64,000 nt of DNA from an uncultured virus (IMG/VR IMGVR_UViG_3300022927_000014) (lineage: Duplodnaviria > Heunggongvirae > Uroviricota > Caudoviricetes): IMG/VR virus record IMGVR_UViG_3300022927_000014; one strand, given 5' to 3'. The translations under genes and the position numbers were made by a program. Below are positions 1 through 11,278 of the stretch, piece by piece. Position 1 is the stretch's first letter. Every line of letters starts with the position of its first letter. The notes under the pieces are model-generated. The model was given only the letters and a program-made list of their open reading frames with translations. It was not told the DNA's origin and did no database searches.

Positions 1-804
1 GATCCTTTAGTAGATGGTGCAGGTTGCTGTCTTTCTTATGAAGAAAAGTATTTAGTAGAAGAAGGTCTGGCTTGCTTGGACTTAAAGTTGAACTTGGGCT
101 TTGTCCCTGCCTTTAACTCATGGGGTGCAGACACAAGTTTGCCTGTTGGAGACTCGAGTAACATCTCTAAAGATGAGTATTTAGGCTTCTCTAAAGAGTA
201 TAGAGTAGACAACTGTCCTACTGATACTATTTACCTCAGAAACCAGAACAACTTATCTTCTGTGGACTCAACTATCGCTGGAGCTAAGAACTTTGAAGCA
301 CCAATGCTTGTTAAAGTTGTTCTTTCTCATCCAGACCACCCTAAGTATGAAGTACATCCTGACGACAATACTAAGCTAGTAAACGCAACAGATATTAGTG
401 ATTTGACTTTAGAGATTGCAGATATTGCTAATGGGACACCTAACAATGTTTCAATCATAGACATCCATCCTTCACCTAACACTTCTTATCTTGGTCACTC
501 TTACCCACCTGATGACCGAGCACCTTTATGGTCAAGGAGAGGGTTGATGGGGATAGAGGTTCTTAGACCAGATGGTTCTAATTTTGATAGGGATGAAGCT
601 ATTGATAGACCAGATTTTACTTCTATTGATCTATATGGAAATCCTACATTGTATTATGCAAGGACAGAAGATTTATTGAGTTATGAGAGTTATGTTAAAC
701 AATCCTCATCTTTAACAAACAAGATAACTTATACACATAATTTAAATGTAGCACCGACAGGATTAAGTTCTGAATATAAGAAGCCTGTTAAAGGAGAAGG
801 TTAA
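1..804 (+). CDS. C-terminal part of a probable virion structural protein (5'-truncated by the window edge)
   Basis: Frame 1 is open from base 1 (DPLVDGAGCC...) into the 76..804 ORF; its stop overlaps the next start (TAATG); it lies in the structural cluster. Confidence 0.5.
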   Translation, partial: DPLVDGAGCCLSYEEKYLVEEGLACLDLKLNLGFVPAFNSWGADTSLPVGDSSNISKDEYLGFSKEYRVDNCPTDTIYLRNQNNLSSVDSTIAGAKNFEAPMLVKVVLSHPDHPKYEVHPDDNTKLVNATDISDLTLEIADIANGTPNNVSIIDIHPSPNTSYLGHSYPPDDRAPLWSRRGLMGIEVLRPDGSNFDRDEAIDRPDFTSIDLYGNPTLYYARTEDLLSYESYVKQSSSLTNKITYTHNLNVAPTGLSSEYKKPVKGEG

Positions 805-1598
805 TGCCTGCGATATTCAACCGAGCTGATGATAGTTTGATTCAGGTACTTCCTAGTTTTTCAAACTCTCTATTAACAGAGATGACAGGTAAGTATGTAA
901 TTGACTACCCAGAGCAATTTGACCTAAGTAGGGATTTAGATTCTTTGGATACTTCACTGAGTGCTGCTCAAGTAAGAAGTAATTTTAAAGACCTTGTTCA
1001 TAATAAGTTTGTTCAAGCTTTCCCTAGTTTTGATGTCTTTGATCACAACTACTTAGAAGACTTAAACCACCCATTTGAGAATGGCTTTTTCCCAAGCACA
1101 GATGCAGGTTCTTTATTGAGGACAGGCTATAAAGTAAGCTCTGGTCCTAATAAAACCTGTGTTATAGGAAGAAGCCCAAGGAAAAACACAATCGAGGGTT
1201 CAACCTTAACTACAGATATGACCTCACCTAAGAACAAATGCTTAATTACTCAAGAGATAGATATTGAGGGTTCAACACCAGATGGTCGTGGTCGTTTTGA
1301 GTTTATGGTTTACTTCAAAGATTGTCTTAGGAAACATACCAAAGACAGTAGCGACCTTTCTAGCACACCAGCAACCTTCGGCATGTTAAATCAAACAGGC
1401 AAAGTTGAGTATCAAACTAAAAGAGGTCTTGAAAATTTCCTTAGAGTTTATATTTCTGGAGACAATGGTAGTACCTATTCAGAGATAACTAACCTCACTT
1501 CATTCTCTTTTCCTCAGAGAAGAAATACTATAAGGTTGGCTTTTGTCAATTACACTGATTGGGATATAAACCTCTTAACATACACTTTGATGTACTGA
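804..1598 (+). CDS. Hypothetical protein, probably virion structural
   Basis: 264 aa ORF coupled to the upstream gene; C-terminal RVYISGDNGSTYSEI...IRLAF beta-strand pattern is typical of phage structural proteins. Confidence 0.5.
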   Translation: MPAIFNRADDSLIQVLPSFSNSLLTEMTGKYVIDYPEQFDLSRDLDSLDTSLSAAQVRSNFKDLVHNKFVQAFPSFDVFDHNYLEDLNHPFENGFFPSTDAGSLLRTGYKVSSGPNKTCVIGRSPRKNTIEGSTLTTDMTSPKNKCLITQEIDIEGSTPDGRGRFEFMVYFKDCLRKHTKDSSDLSSTPATFGMLNQTGKVEYQTKRGLENFLRVYISGDNGSTYSEITNLTSFSFPQRRNTIRLAFVNYTDWDINLLTYTLMY

Positions 1599-1617
1599 AA
1601 GAATAAAGGTAGGCAAC

Positions 1618-4600
1618 ATGGATGATTTTAAGACTTACGCAAGCCGAACATTAAATGCTGAAGGGACACAGTATCAGAATGTAATTTGGCAAGCTGGAAA
1701 GCCCCCCTTAGATAGTGAACTAAACTTAGTAGGTCAGATAGCCAAGCAAAATCTTCAAGATCTAGTTAAGGCTCAAGCCCACAGTGGTGTTTTAATTGAC
1801 CCTCGATCTTCTGATCGTGATTATATCTTTAGAGATTTATGGTCTAACTACTTTAAAGTTAAGTCTTTTTCTGCGGTTGTTAATGGACAAGTTGTAAATG
1901 TAGAAGAGCTTGAAATTAAGTTGCCACCACCACCTCCATCTGGTTCAAGGGTGGACTTTGTATTCTTAGAAGTCTGGAACTCTATTATTTCTGCCGAGAA
2001 CAGTGGACTCGTAGATAATAAGCCTTCTCCTACAGAAATCTATCAGAATGGTAATGTAGCAGGTTCTGTTTCTTTATCTGATGAATTAGTAGATGGCTTG
2101 GTTGGGTTTGAAACAACTAAAAGGGTTCAGACACAGTATCAAATCCGAGTTGTTTCAAGTGTAGACTTGAAAGCAAGTCCAGAAGGTATGTCTAGTCCTT
2201 TAGTTACTGCTGTAGGTCCAACAGATGGTTCTGCAAATGTAGCATTTAGTCATGTAGAGGGAGATGCAGGTCTTTGGGTTGCAGAAGTGAATGATGACTA
2301 TTTGTCTGAGAATAAAATCTATGGAATCCCACTGTGTAGTGTGTTCAGAAGAAACGAAGAACCTTACAGAGATGTCTCCAATGCAGGTGGTCCGAACCAG
2401 AATGGTTCAGTAAATAGAAAGCCTTCTTCTAGTAGCTCACAAGATGCATCTCCTTTAGTGCTAGCCTCACTAGATTCTTCTTTAAGTAGAGACTTTTTAG
2501 GTGCATTCACATTATCTAATCTTGAGGGGTCAGAGCTTTCTGATTTAGACTTGTTCTCTGGAGTGACTTCAAGATTCTTTGTTATTGGTAGTGGCCTTTC
2601 AAAAGAGATTATTAAAGCTTCAAGCATTGATCTTAATACGAACACTATTACTATTGAACAAAGAGGTGTTGCAGGAACACAGGCCAAGTACCATTCTTCT
2701 GGTGTTAGAATAAGACTTCACAACTCAAGACCTGATGGGAAATTTGCAGATGAAGTTCACCCTGAAGACATCTTAGATATGAGACATGCTACAACTTTAG
2801 GGGAGTGGGATTATCAATCCCTTCTTGAAAGTTCTGTAGCAGACCTTTTATTTGGAGAGCTTAAATCTACCTTTAAGCAAAACTCTATTAACTCATATTG
2901 CCAAGGAACGACTATTGAAGAAGTTTCTTATTTGAGTAGTGTTGCTTCAAACAGAACACACCAGATGGATTACCCTAATGGGTTTAGAGATACTTGGTCA
3001 GATGCATCTGTTCCTCAAATGGGTCTTACTTTATACTTAAACCCTGTTGTAAGTAGAGATGCTAATGGCTTGAGTACAGTTAACTTGAACGTAAGCTCTC
3101 AAAACGAATGGGAGATTGGACCAGATTTAAGTCCTTCTGCTTTCTTATTTGATGGTGCTACACCTTTACAAACCAGCTCTTTGCTTTTCCTTACTTTGGA
3201 TGGGTCTTTAGATAATCTGGGTTATGGTATAAAAGGCAACTCTATTCAAGACAAGGGTATCAGATTTATTTCTCCTAGAGAGAATGGGTCTGTGAATCTG
3301 AAAAAGAGACCACCTTTTATTATTGAGCAGCTTGGCTCGGAGCATGAGAATATAAGCTACCCTACTTTTGTTTCAAACTTTGAAAAGCCTTTCATTGTTT
3401 TAGGTCGAAACAGAGGAACAGAAAGTTTTGTGACAAGTGTTTCTGACCCAGACAAGAACAACCACAACTACACTGTACTGTATAAGAAATCTGCATTTAA
3501 TGAATCAGTGATGTCAGATGTGCAAGGGGCTGTGAGCGATGAATATGATCAAGTCCTTGCAGTTAAGCTGAACTCTAACCCTCTTAGTGCAGAGGATATG
3601 GCTCTCGTTTCTCCATTCAACTCCAATCTATATTTAGGTGACGAGTCGAATCTATATGCTGTTGTTTATGGTGACCCTACACAAGGTTCAAAGAACAATG
3701 GTGTTTATAAAGTAATCAGTCTTAACTCTTACTTTGTGAGTTCAGATTACTATATTGACAAAAACCTCACACCTTGGAATCCTTCTGCTGGCATTGCAGA
3801 CACTTTTATCCTTGAACCCATAGATAATATAGGAGATAGGGATGGCTTGCTAGATGATGGTATTTCTTTAACAATAGAGTTTAGAAGCCAAGAGATGACA
3901 GAGTTTGATGACGATATCTGTATAGCTGTGACTGAAGGCTCTGGGACTATATTAAATACTAATAATGAGTTCCAGCTTAGTGTTTCTGTCTTGTACCCAC
4001 CAGCTTTGGGTGCAACTGCGAATGTTCCTAAAAACATCCATAAGATAGGCATCACAGCTCCAAATAGAGAGCATTTACTAAACAATGCTCCAAGCGACTT
4101 GGATGTTGCAAATACTTCTGAGATCCCTCTTGTTTCAGGTGAGATTAATCTTCCCGTGAAGAACCATATCTCTTTGTGGAATAGACTACCTTCTTCAAGT
4201 CTTCCTGTAGGTTGGGCAGATGCTAGCAAGCTTGGTGGGAATATTATAAATGAAGAAGCTGATAGAGAGAGTGAAGTTTTTAAAGATGAGGGTTCAAAGA
4301 CTCTTGTTTTGAGACCTTATCAAAAGAAGCAAGTCTTAGTACATCAACATGAATCAGTTCAAAGCTTGATCCCTGCAAACTATTCTAATGGTGATTTAGT
4401 AGATGGTGCTTCCCTATTCTTGTCCACAGGTGCATATGTTATTCCAGAAGCTTTAGTACCTAGATTTGGTAGGCAAGATATACCATTACACACTAGAACT
4501 TCTTCAAGTGACTCTTTCTTGAACGGATTGAATCATATTTTTGTGGACAAGACTTCTAGCTCTGACCCTGTTTTTAACATTGTGGGTGGTATTTCAAATC

Positions 4601-6804
4601 AAGGTACTCCAGGTGTAGAACCTTTATTGTTTGATACACAAGGTGTATATGGTAAATATGACCAGACTCTCTCTAATGTAAATGCCATTGGTGTTAGAAA
4701 AAGAGAAGAGGGTGGTCAAGTAAACTCTAGAACAAATCCCATATATGCACCTACAAGTGACTTTGGAACTAATCTTCAAGGTATAGAGCTACCTCCTTAT
4801 TATGGTGTAGTGAGAGTTTATGGTATCTATGAGAGAAGTGCTTACCTACAACACATTGTTGGTGCAGGTAATACAAGTGGGCATAATGCTGACAGAATCA
4901 CTCAAATAGATGCTGTCTTAAATGGTGACTGTCCTAACTTACTTAGGACAGACACTTCATCATTCACTCTATATATCAACCAAAATGGCGGTAATCTGGA
5001 TATCAATAACTCTTTATATGAAGATGCACACACATATATTTTAACAGAGCACTCTATTGATATTACTCGTATTCCAACATACAACGAGACTTTAGCGTTT
5101 AAAGACTTTGACTATGTGGTTGAAGCTGTGGTCTTTGGTTTTTCAGATGGCTTCATTTCTAATAATAGGAACGTGCTTGTTAGAAGATTTAATGGTGCAG
5201 GTACTGTCCGTAATGCTGCTGATGTGAGTCGTATACCTGTGGATTCAGTGATTCCTTTTGCACCACCTCTTGGTTCTAAGATTTCTGTGGCTTACAAGAG
5301 ATCTGTTTATCAAGGAGATCCTTTCTTTACAAAAGGGATTAATCTCTTGGACAACACAGATCAGACTTTGCCTTATGGTAGAAAGAGCGTTAGTGATTTA
5401 CAGCTTGGTTCGAGAGACCAAACAAATGTAGATTTGCTAAATCGAAGGAACTTACAAGTTCTTGCAAGTATGGATTTCTACACCACATTAGGAACAGGTA
5501 AGATTGGTGGGGCTGTGTTCCCATCGACAGTAACTGATGTAGGTCACACAGAGCATAAGGTTTTCCGAAACCCCTCGCTTTATAATGGAGTTTACCCTAA
5601 GACTTTAACCTCTACTTTCACACTTGAGCCAAACAAAGGTGGATATGCTTCTATCTTCTTGTTTGAATCAGCAAGTGCACAGTATGTTCAAGACCCTGTG
5701 GCTTTCATTTTTACAAATACTGAAGAATCTGGTGGCTTTGCACATACTTTATCTGGTGCTAATGCAGAGGAAATGGTTTCCAACTTAATTGCTTTCTTGC
5801 AGAGTAAGAGTTATGAGGCTTTCCAAGTATCTGGCTTGTATGATGGTGGCAATTCTAAGTTCTTTGGGGTTATTACTAGAGAGCCTTATGACAACTTAGA
5901 GAGTAGCATCTTGTTAAACAAGGCATATGCAGGTAGGAACATTCAAATCTTTGAGGGTCTTAGAGAAACACCTATGAGTTTTAACTTCTATGACTCAGTT
6001 AATGGTGTCACTTTAGAGGGTTCATTAGGGCTTCCCTCAAGAGGTAAGACTCATGTTAATTTCTCAAGAACTGATTTCAATCCTCGTAACGCTGGGCAAG
6101 GGAACACTCCTATTTCCCTTGTAGGGCTTTCTTCAAGACTCCCCTTAGGCTCTTTAGTAAGAGACTCTGATCTTCTCTGTGAGGACATTTTAAACAACCA
6201 ATCAAGCTACTTACTTTCATCTACAGGAAACATCTCTACATTATCTAATTCAGTACCTGTAAATAATGAGGGCAGACCTTACACTAGAGCAGTTGGTGTG
6301 TCTGGTGAGGTCTTGCAATTAACAGATGGGGATTTGAGTCAGTCAGTTCCTTTAGCAGAGAGCAATACTTACTACTCTATCTCGAGAGGGAGTGGTTCAA
6401 TATTTGGTGCTTCTGGTAATGTACCTGGCTCTCCTTTTAGCTTCTTATCTGTATCTTTGAATGAAAGCTCTAAGCCTGTATTAAAAGGTTCTGTTCTTGC
6501 GTGTAGAGCAATGCTTGTTAAAAACTTTGAAGAGAGTTTCAATGGGAATGTTAGATCTTATGGTGATGAGCTTCAACTTCTTGTCGTCACACATTGTATA
6601 GATGGTGCAACCAGATCTCCATTATCTGCAAACACAAATAGTTCACAGTTGACAATAGGTGGTCAGATTTCTCCTACGGGTTATGGAGAAGGTTTTGCTT
6701 CTGCGGATAGATATAGAATTAAAGGCAAGCCTCTTGTTAAGATAAACTCGACAGAGACAGAGCTAGAAGTGACACCTGCTCCCTTTAACTCTAGCGAAAG
6801 CTAA
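1618..6804 (+). CDS. Large virion structural protein (baseplate wedge / fibre-attachment-like)
   Basis: 1728 aa, S/G/N/D-rich; the N-terminal VIWQAGKPPLDSELN and RVDFVFLEVW...ETTKRVQTQYQIRV segments resemble myovirus baseplate/fibre-associated proteins. Confidence 0.65.
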   Translation: MDDFKTYASRTLNAEGTQYQNVIWQAGKPPLDSELNLVGQIAKQNLQDLVKAQAHSGVLIDPRSSDRDYIFRDLWSNYFKVKSFSAVVNGQVVNVEELEIKLPPPPPSGSRVDFVFLEVWNSIISAENSGLVDNKPSPTEIYQNGNVAGSVSLSDELVDGLVGFETTKRVQTQYQIRVVSSVDLKASPEGMSSPLVTAVGPTDGSANVAFSHVEGDAGLWVAEVNDDYLSENKIYGIPLCSVFRRNEEPYRDVSNAGGPNQNGSVNRKPSSSSSQDASPLVLASLDSSLSRDFLGAFTLSNLEGSELSDLDLFSGVTSRFFVIGSGLSKEIIKASSIDLNTNTITIEQRGVAGTQAKYHSSGVRIRLHNSRPDGKFADEVHPEDILDMRHATTLGEWDYQSLLESSVADLLFGELKSTFKQNSINSYCQGTTIEEVSYLSSVASNRTHQMDYPNGFRDTWSDASVPQMGLTLYLNPVVSRDANGLSTVNLNVSSQNEWEIGPDLSPSAFLFDGATPLQTSSLLFLTLDGSLDNLGYGIKGNSIQDKGIRFISPRENGSVNLKKRPPFIIEQLGSEHENISYPTFVSNFEKPFIVLGRNRGTESFVTSVSDPDKNNHNYTVLYKKSAFNESVMSDVQGAVSDEYDQVLAVKLNSNPLSAEDMALVSPFNSNLYLGDESNLYAVVYGDPTQGSKNNGVYKVISLNSYFVSSDYYIDKNLTPWNPSAGIADTFILEPIDNIGDRDGLLDDGISLTIEFRSQEMTEFDDDICIAVTEGSGTILNTNNEFQLSVSVLYPPALGATANVPKNIHKIGITAPNREHLLNNAPSDLDVANTSEIPLVSGEINLPVKNHISLWNRLPSSSLPVGWADASKLGGNIINEEADRESEVFKDEGSKTLVLRPYQKKQVLVHQHESVQSLIPANYSNGDLVDGASLFLSTGAYVIPEALVPRFGRQDIPLHTRTSSSDSFLNGLNHIFVDKTSSSDPVFNIVGGISNQGTPGVEPLLFDTQGVYGKYDQTLSNVNAIGVRKREEGGQVNSRTNPIYAPTSDFGTNLQGIELPPYYGVVRVYGIYERSAYLQHIVGAGNTSGHNADRITQIDAVLNGDCPNLLRTDTSSFTLYINQNGGNLDINNSLYEDAHTYILTEHSIDITRIPTYNETLAFKDFDYVVEAVVFGFSDGFISNNRNVLVRRFNGAGTVRNAADVSRIPVDSVIPFAPPLGSKISVAYKRSVYQGDPFFTKGINLLDNTDQTLPYGRKSVSDLQLGSRDQTNVDLLNRRNLQVLASMDFYTTLGTGKIGGAVFPSTVTDVGHTEHKVFRNPSLYNGVYPKTLTSTFTLEPNKGGYASIFLFESASAQYVQDPVAFIFTNTEESGGFAHTLSGANAEEMVSNLIAFLQSKSYEAFQVSGLYDGGNSKFFGVITREPYDNLESSILLNKAYAGRNIQIFEGLRETPMSFNFYDSVNGVTLEGSLGLPSRGKTHVNFSRTDFNPRNAGQGNTPISLVGLSSRLPLGSLVRDSDLLCEDILNNQSSYLLSSTGNISTLSNSVPVNNEGRPYTRAVGVSGEVLQLTDGDLSQSVPLAESNTYYSISRGSGSIFGASGNVPGSPFSFLSVSLNESSKPVLKGSVLACRAMLVKNFEESFNGNVRSYGDELQLLVVTHCIDGATRSPLSANTNSSQLTIGGQISPTGYGEGFASADRYRIKGKPLVKINSTETELEVTPAPFNSSES

Positions 6805-6995
6805 TGAAGGGTCGCTTTAAAGGCCATTGCACAGGTTGTGCAAAGAAATTGCCTGAATCCAGATTGGGTTGGGGTTTAGTTTGGCCTGATGGATCTGGAT
6901 TTTGTGCAAAGTGTCTTTATGACAATCGCAAGGCAGTCAATTTTTTTGAAGACCGAAAGAAGAAGAGAAATGTTAAAAAAACCAATATTCATTGA
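6804..6995 (+). CDS. Small Cys-rich (zinc-finger-like) protein
   Basis: 63 aa with CTGC...CAKC; start overlaps the upstream stop (TAATG). Confidence 0.45.
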   Translation: MKGRFKGHCTGCAKKLPESRLGWGLVWPDGSGFCAKCLYDNRKAVNFFEDRKKKRNVKKTNIH

Positions 6996-7359
6996 AAACT
7001 CTAAAGTGCCTGTTATTCTTTCTTACTTTGCACCTATTGACATTAATGCAATCACTCTTGGCTTTGTTGTCTTTGCAAGAGGAGAGTTATCAGAGGTGAC
7101 AAGAAGACATGAAACAATTCATTACAGGCAATATCTAGAGCTATGGTTTATTGGTTTCATAGTCATCTATATATATGACTTCTTATACGCTGCTATAATC
7201 AAGCGTAAGGGCTTTTCTAGGGAAGCCTATCTCTCTATAAGGTTTGAGCAGGAAGCGTGGGACTGTGACGAATATATAAACTATTTGGAAATAAGAAGTC
7301 GTTTTGCTTGGAAGTTATATCCTTTGGGTGGGGAAGATTACTCACCTCCTAAAGAATGA
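6970..7359 (+). CDS. Small HExxH metallopeptidase-like membrane-associated protein
   Basis: RRHETIHYRQ, a hydrophobic segment, then FEQEA; start moved to the in-frame ATG at 6970 (MLKKPIF). Confidence 0.6.
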   Translation: MLKKPIFIENSKVPVILSYFAPIDINAITLGFVVFARGELSEVTRRHETIHYRQYLELWFIGFIVIYIYDFLYAAIIKRKGFSREAYLSIRFEQEAWDCDEYINYLEIRSRFAWKLYPLGGEDYSPPKE

Positions 7360-8949
7360 GGGCAGGTAATCTTTCCAGCTCTTGCTGGTGTACTTTTCAA
7401 AAAGCTTATTAACATAATCTCTCTGATCGGCTATAGTTTTCATAGAGTCTGGGAAATTCGCTTTTTGTATGAACTTAAACTTTGGCAACTCTCTTTTTAA
7501 CTCTTTGGTGATTTTTTCCCTATTTTCATCTGAGTTCATTTTGAGTCTTTTGATTTTAGCTTGCAGTAAGTCTGTGTCATTGTCTCTGATTCTGTCTTCG
7601 ATCAATTCAAGCTCTCTGTTTAGCCTTTTTAGGTCTTCTTTTGTAAGTTTGTTCTTCTTAGGAGTTCTTCTTTCATTAGCAGAGACTCTTTCGATGATCT
7701 TTTGGATCGTACCCAGATTAACAAACTCTGGCTCTGGATTGAGTATTTCAAGAATCTCTCCTTTTCTTTCTTCCAAAACCTTCAATTTTTTGAGGACACT
7801 ATCTACATCTTCGACTCTTTGAGAAATTTCACTGAGTATGTGTTTAGGTAGTTTTGTCTTCATTTTAGCCTTTAGCTTTTTGATTTCATCTTCCGATAGG
7901 CTGTCTTTAGCTTTATTTTCTTCTATCTTCTTTAAGTCGTATCTTTTATAGATGTCTAAAGCTTTTCCTTTGTCTCTCTCTTTAAGAGCATCCCTTAGAA
8001 GAGAAAAGCCCTCAATCTCATTTAAGATGTTTTCCTCAAGTACTTCGACCTCTTGAGGATCACCACTCAGACGACCCAAATCCCTTTTAAGCTCTTTAAT
8101 CTTTCTATTAATTTTGTTCTGTGTCTCAATTTCCTTAATTTTTGTTTCTAAGAGCCTAAGGGTTTTGAAGTCTTCTCCAGTGAAGAGGGTTGAATCGTAT
8201 TTCTCTTTGAACACTCTGAGAGATTCTATATCTTCCTTGAGTTTACTTAGGCTACTAAAGTAAGCAGAAGCAAGTTGACCTTTAGCTACTTCAAAGTCGT
8301 ACTTTCTTTGAAGATCCCGAATTTTTTCTTTCAAGTACATCAAATACTTAGTTGTCTTTTTTTCGAAAACTTCTCGAGAGACTAGTTCATAATTCCCACC
8401 AGTCTTTCTCTTAAACTTAAACTCAAGACTAATGTTCTGAGCAGGAAGCCCCACCTTTTCAAGCTCTGCTAAACTACTAAAGCTAAATATTGTTGAGAGG
8501 CTAATTGTCACACCATCAAACTTTGTTCTTCGATTGAAATTAATTCTTCCAAAGTCAGCACTTGTAAGATCAGCACCTGTGAAATCAGCAGAGTTAAGAA
8601 TAGATTTAACAAAGCTTGAATTTTGGAGAATAGCACCTGTGAAATCAGCACCTGTTAGATCTGAGCCATCAAACTCTGCATCTATCAAAGTAGAGCCAGA
8701 GAAGTCCAAGCCTGACAAGTCCATTTTTTGGAGTTGAAGACCTGTAACTTTGATACCACTCCAATTATACTCTAAAAGCTCTTCCTTTTTCATACGAGAA
8801 AAAAATCTGCCATCTCTCTGGATAAGTCTTGTAGGGTCTTCTTTTACTATGCTTTTGTCCTTAGATCTTAATTCATCTTGCAAGAGAGAAATGTTTTTAG
8901 CGATCTCATCAAGTTTATCTTTTCTTTTTCGGGCTGCTGTCTTAGTCAT
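7342..8949 (-). CDS. Pentapeptide-repeat protein with a long coiled-coil C-terminus
   Basis: MDLSG LDFSG STLID AEFDG SDLTG ADFTG AILQN... repeats followed by a K/E-rich helical region; RBS GGAG; starts MTKTA. Confidence 0.8.
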   Translation of the reverse strand: MTKTAARKRKDKLDEIAKNISLLQDELRSKDKSIVKEDPTRLIQRDGRFFSRMKKEELLEYNWSGIKVTGLQLQKMDLSGLDFSGSTLIDAEFDGSDLTGADFTGAILQNSSFVKSILNSADFTGADLTSADFGRINFNRRTKFDGVTISLSTIFSFSSLAELEKVGLPAQNISLEFKFKRKTGGNYELVSREVFEKKTTKYLMYLKEKIRDLQRKYDFEVAKGQLASAYFSSLSKLKEDIESLRVFKEKYDSTLFTGEDFKTLRLLETKIKEIETQNKINRKIKELKRDLGRLSGDPQEVEVLEENILNEIEGFSLLRDALKERDKGKALDIYKRYDLKKIEENKAKDSLSEDEIKKLKAKMKTKLPKHILSEISQRVEDVDSVLKKLKVLEERKGEILEILNPEPEFVNLGTIQKIIERVSANERRTPKKNKLTKEDLKRLNRELELIEDRIRDNDTDLLQAKIKRLKMNSDENREKITKELKRELPKFKFIQKANFPDSMKTIADQRDYVNKLFEKYTSKSWKDYLPSFFRR

Positions 8950-8978
8950 GGTGATCTCCTTGTCTACTTTCTCTTAGA

Positions 8979-8995
8979 TTATAAAAAACCTATTA
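8979..8995 (-). promoter_or_regulatory. Putative phage (late-type) promoter motif
   Basis: TAATAGGTTTTTTATAA about 30 nt upstream of the 8949 start. Confidence 0.5.
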
Positions 8996-11278
8996 GACGT
9001 TTGAAAGGTTTTGACCTCTAGGTACAATTAAAGTAGACATAGGAACTCCAAATAAGGGGTCTATATCAGACCCACAAACAATACCACCTATTGCTGTACC
9101 TGGTGAACTTAAAGAAATACTAGGGGCTTTCACACTAACAGTTCCAGAGACAATCGAAACACTTGCACTAGACATAGAAATCTTCAAGCCAGATGAAACA
9201 ACCACTGACCCTTGAGGAGACAAAAACTTGAACCCTGTAGCATCTGTGTTTTGTGTAGACCCAGATACAATAGTTGTGTCAGAGCCAACCCCTATTGTTT
9301 TTGACTCTGTTCCTGTTGTTAAAGTTTTAGTGTTGGTTGATGGACCTAAGAAGATTTCTTCCTTACCACCATATACATTTGTGTATGAGTCTGATGGTCC
9401 AGCAGGGTGTCCTGTGCCAGGGTTAGCAATTATTTTAACTTTTCTAACAGCTCCATGTAAAGCATTTGCATTGGGTGGTCCAGAGACAGAAACATCTAAA
9501 GACCCTACAGCAGTTTGCTTTATTCTTTCAGAGGACATGTTTAAAGCAGTTCCTGTTGAAAGACTCATTAGCTCTTTACTATTCAGTCTCACTTCACCAG
9601 CTTGAGAAAGGTCTACTAAAGGAGCTTTTAAAGAGATTGCAGAACCCGATTCAAGTTGTATTCTCTTATTACCAATTACTTCAACAGAAACCTCTGAACC
9701 AGCACCTGCAACCTCATTGCCTGTTCTAGACTCAGTACCCTCAATCTTTACCACACTAGAGCTAATTGATGTATTGCCTTCAGAAGCTAGCTCTAAAGAG
9801 GTTATTGTTCTTACCTCTCCCTTGTTTGCATTTAAAGAGAACCCACCTGCAACAGATAATTTAGCCGAGTCATCAGAGGGATTGCTTACAAAGCCCCTAT
9901 ACTTTCCACCTTTAGTAAAACTAGAAAATGTATCAGCAATCCCTTGTGGTGCAACAGGGGTGATTCTCAACAAAGCAGCAGAGTGGTCAGCAAAAGGAGT
10001 AGATGAGTTAGCACCCTCAATTTTCCCTCTTGTATTTTCCACCACAGGGATTAGAGGTATTCCATATAAAGAAGCACCTGCTGTTGTGAAAGGATTATTA
10101 CCTGTAGGTGTACCTAAAACCCATTCTATGAAAGGCATATTCCTAGCCTTTTCTAGTTCTTTGGGACATCTATCACTATCAAACCCGTCTGTTTGTTCTG
10201 TGACGGGAAGTGTTCCGTCAGAAGTGTGGTTTACTTCTATTCTATATTCAGTAAATGCACTGCCACTCTCTACAGCATTCCCACCATCTTTACTTACTCT
10301 AAATATAGACTTTCCACCATAGGTGATAGCTTCTTCATTCGTGTTCCCATAGAAGTCTTCTGAAACTAACCCTGCTTTATAAAGAAAGCGGTATGGATCT
10401 AAGGATGGAGGAATCCTACCCTCGAAGTTTCTGTTTCCTGTTATTTTTCCATCTTCATAGATTGCATCTTCACCTCTGTCAAAAAGAGGGTGAGGGGTGA
10501 GCTTACCTACACTAATGTTTTTCTCGTATTCTTCTGCAAGAGGATAGAAAGGATTGCCCTCTGAATCTATCTGTATTCCAGAATCCCACTTAATTCCATC
10601 AGAGAACATCTCTTTAGGTAGGTTTCGAGCATCTCTTTGAACCATACCTGCATACACTCTAGTTCCAGACATTGCATGGAACTGCTGTAGAGACCTCATA
10701 ATGATTGCTTGATCTTGGTCTCTTAAAGCAATCTCATTTGATCTTCTATTACTTAATAGAACACTTTCATTCAAGACTAAATCAGCACCTTGAGAAGAGC
10801 TGGCTGCCACATTACCTGGCTCATAATGTCTGAGCTTGTGTCTAATCCTCTGGTGATAACTTTCAACTGCTTGTCTTTTTTTGTTTGTGTCTATACCCTC
10901 ACCTGGTTGGTAGCTTTGTGTGGTGAGCCAATCATGACCAAGATAAGTTGCTCGAGGCCACCAAGCTAAGATTGCAGGTGTTTTATCATTAGATGCTGCA
11001 AGAGTGTCAGATGCGAACCATCCTACAATACATTGGTCACCAATTTCTGGTATACCACCCATGAAATGTCTATTACCCATAGAGGGCATAGCTAATTCTA
11101 CACCAGACAAAGGCTTTCCTACATCACCTTGACCATGTAAAACTTGAAGCGTACATCTCATTTCTTCCCAATGAACCTCGACTATTTTTGCAATGCAAAG
11201 AGACATTGAACTCCAGCCTTTGGCTGGGTCGGCTTCTTTTCTTCTTATGTCTTTTCTGACTTCATTTGCTGGCTTCAT
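8993..11278 (-). CDS. Baseplate central spike (Gp5/GpV/VgrG-like)
   Basis: N-terminal OB-fold-like pattern (IAKIVEVHWEEMRCTL...GGIPEIGDQCIVGW); S/T/G-rich beta-repeat C-terminus; directly downstream of the hub gene. Confidence 0.7.
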   Translation of the reverse strand: MKPANEVRKDIRRKEADPAKGWSSMSLCIAKIVEVHWEEMRCTLQVLHGQGDVGKPLSGVELAMPSMGNRHFMGGIPEIGDQCIVGWFASDTLAASNDKTPAILAWWPRATYLGHDWLTTQSYQPGEGIDTNKKRQAVESYHQRIRHKLRHYEPGNVAASSSQGADLVLNESVLLSNRRSNEIALRDQDQAIIMRSLQQFHAMSGTRVYAGMVQRDARNLPKEMFSDGIKWDSGIQIDSEGNPFYPLAEEYEKNISVGKLTPHPLFDRGEDAIYEDGKITGNRNFEGRIPPSLDPYRFLYKAGLVSEDFYGNTNEEAITYGGKSIFRVSKDGGNAVESGSAFTEYRIEVNHTSDGTLPVTEQTDGFDSDRCPKELEKARNMPFIEWVLGTPTGNNPFTTAGASLYGIPLIPVVENTRGKIEGANSSTPFADHSAALLRITPVAPQGIADTFSSFTKGGKYRGFVSNPSDDSAKLSVAGGFSLNANKGEVRTITSLELASEGNTSISSSVVKIEGTESRTGNEVAGAGSEVSVEVIGNKRIQLESGSAISLKAPLVDLSQAGEVRLNSKELMSLSTGTALNMSSERIKQTAVGSLDVSVSGPPNANALHGAVRKVKIIANPGTGHPAGPSDSYTNVYGGKEEIFLGPSTNTKTLTTGTESKTIGVGSDTTIVSGSTQNTDATGFKFLSPQGSVVVSSGLKISMSSASVSIVSGTVSVKAPSISLSSPGTAIGGIVCGSDIDPLFGVPMSTLIVPRGQNLSNV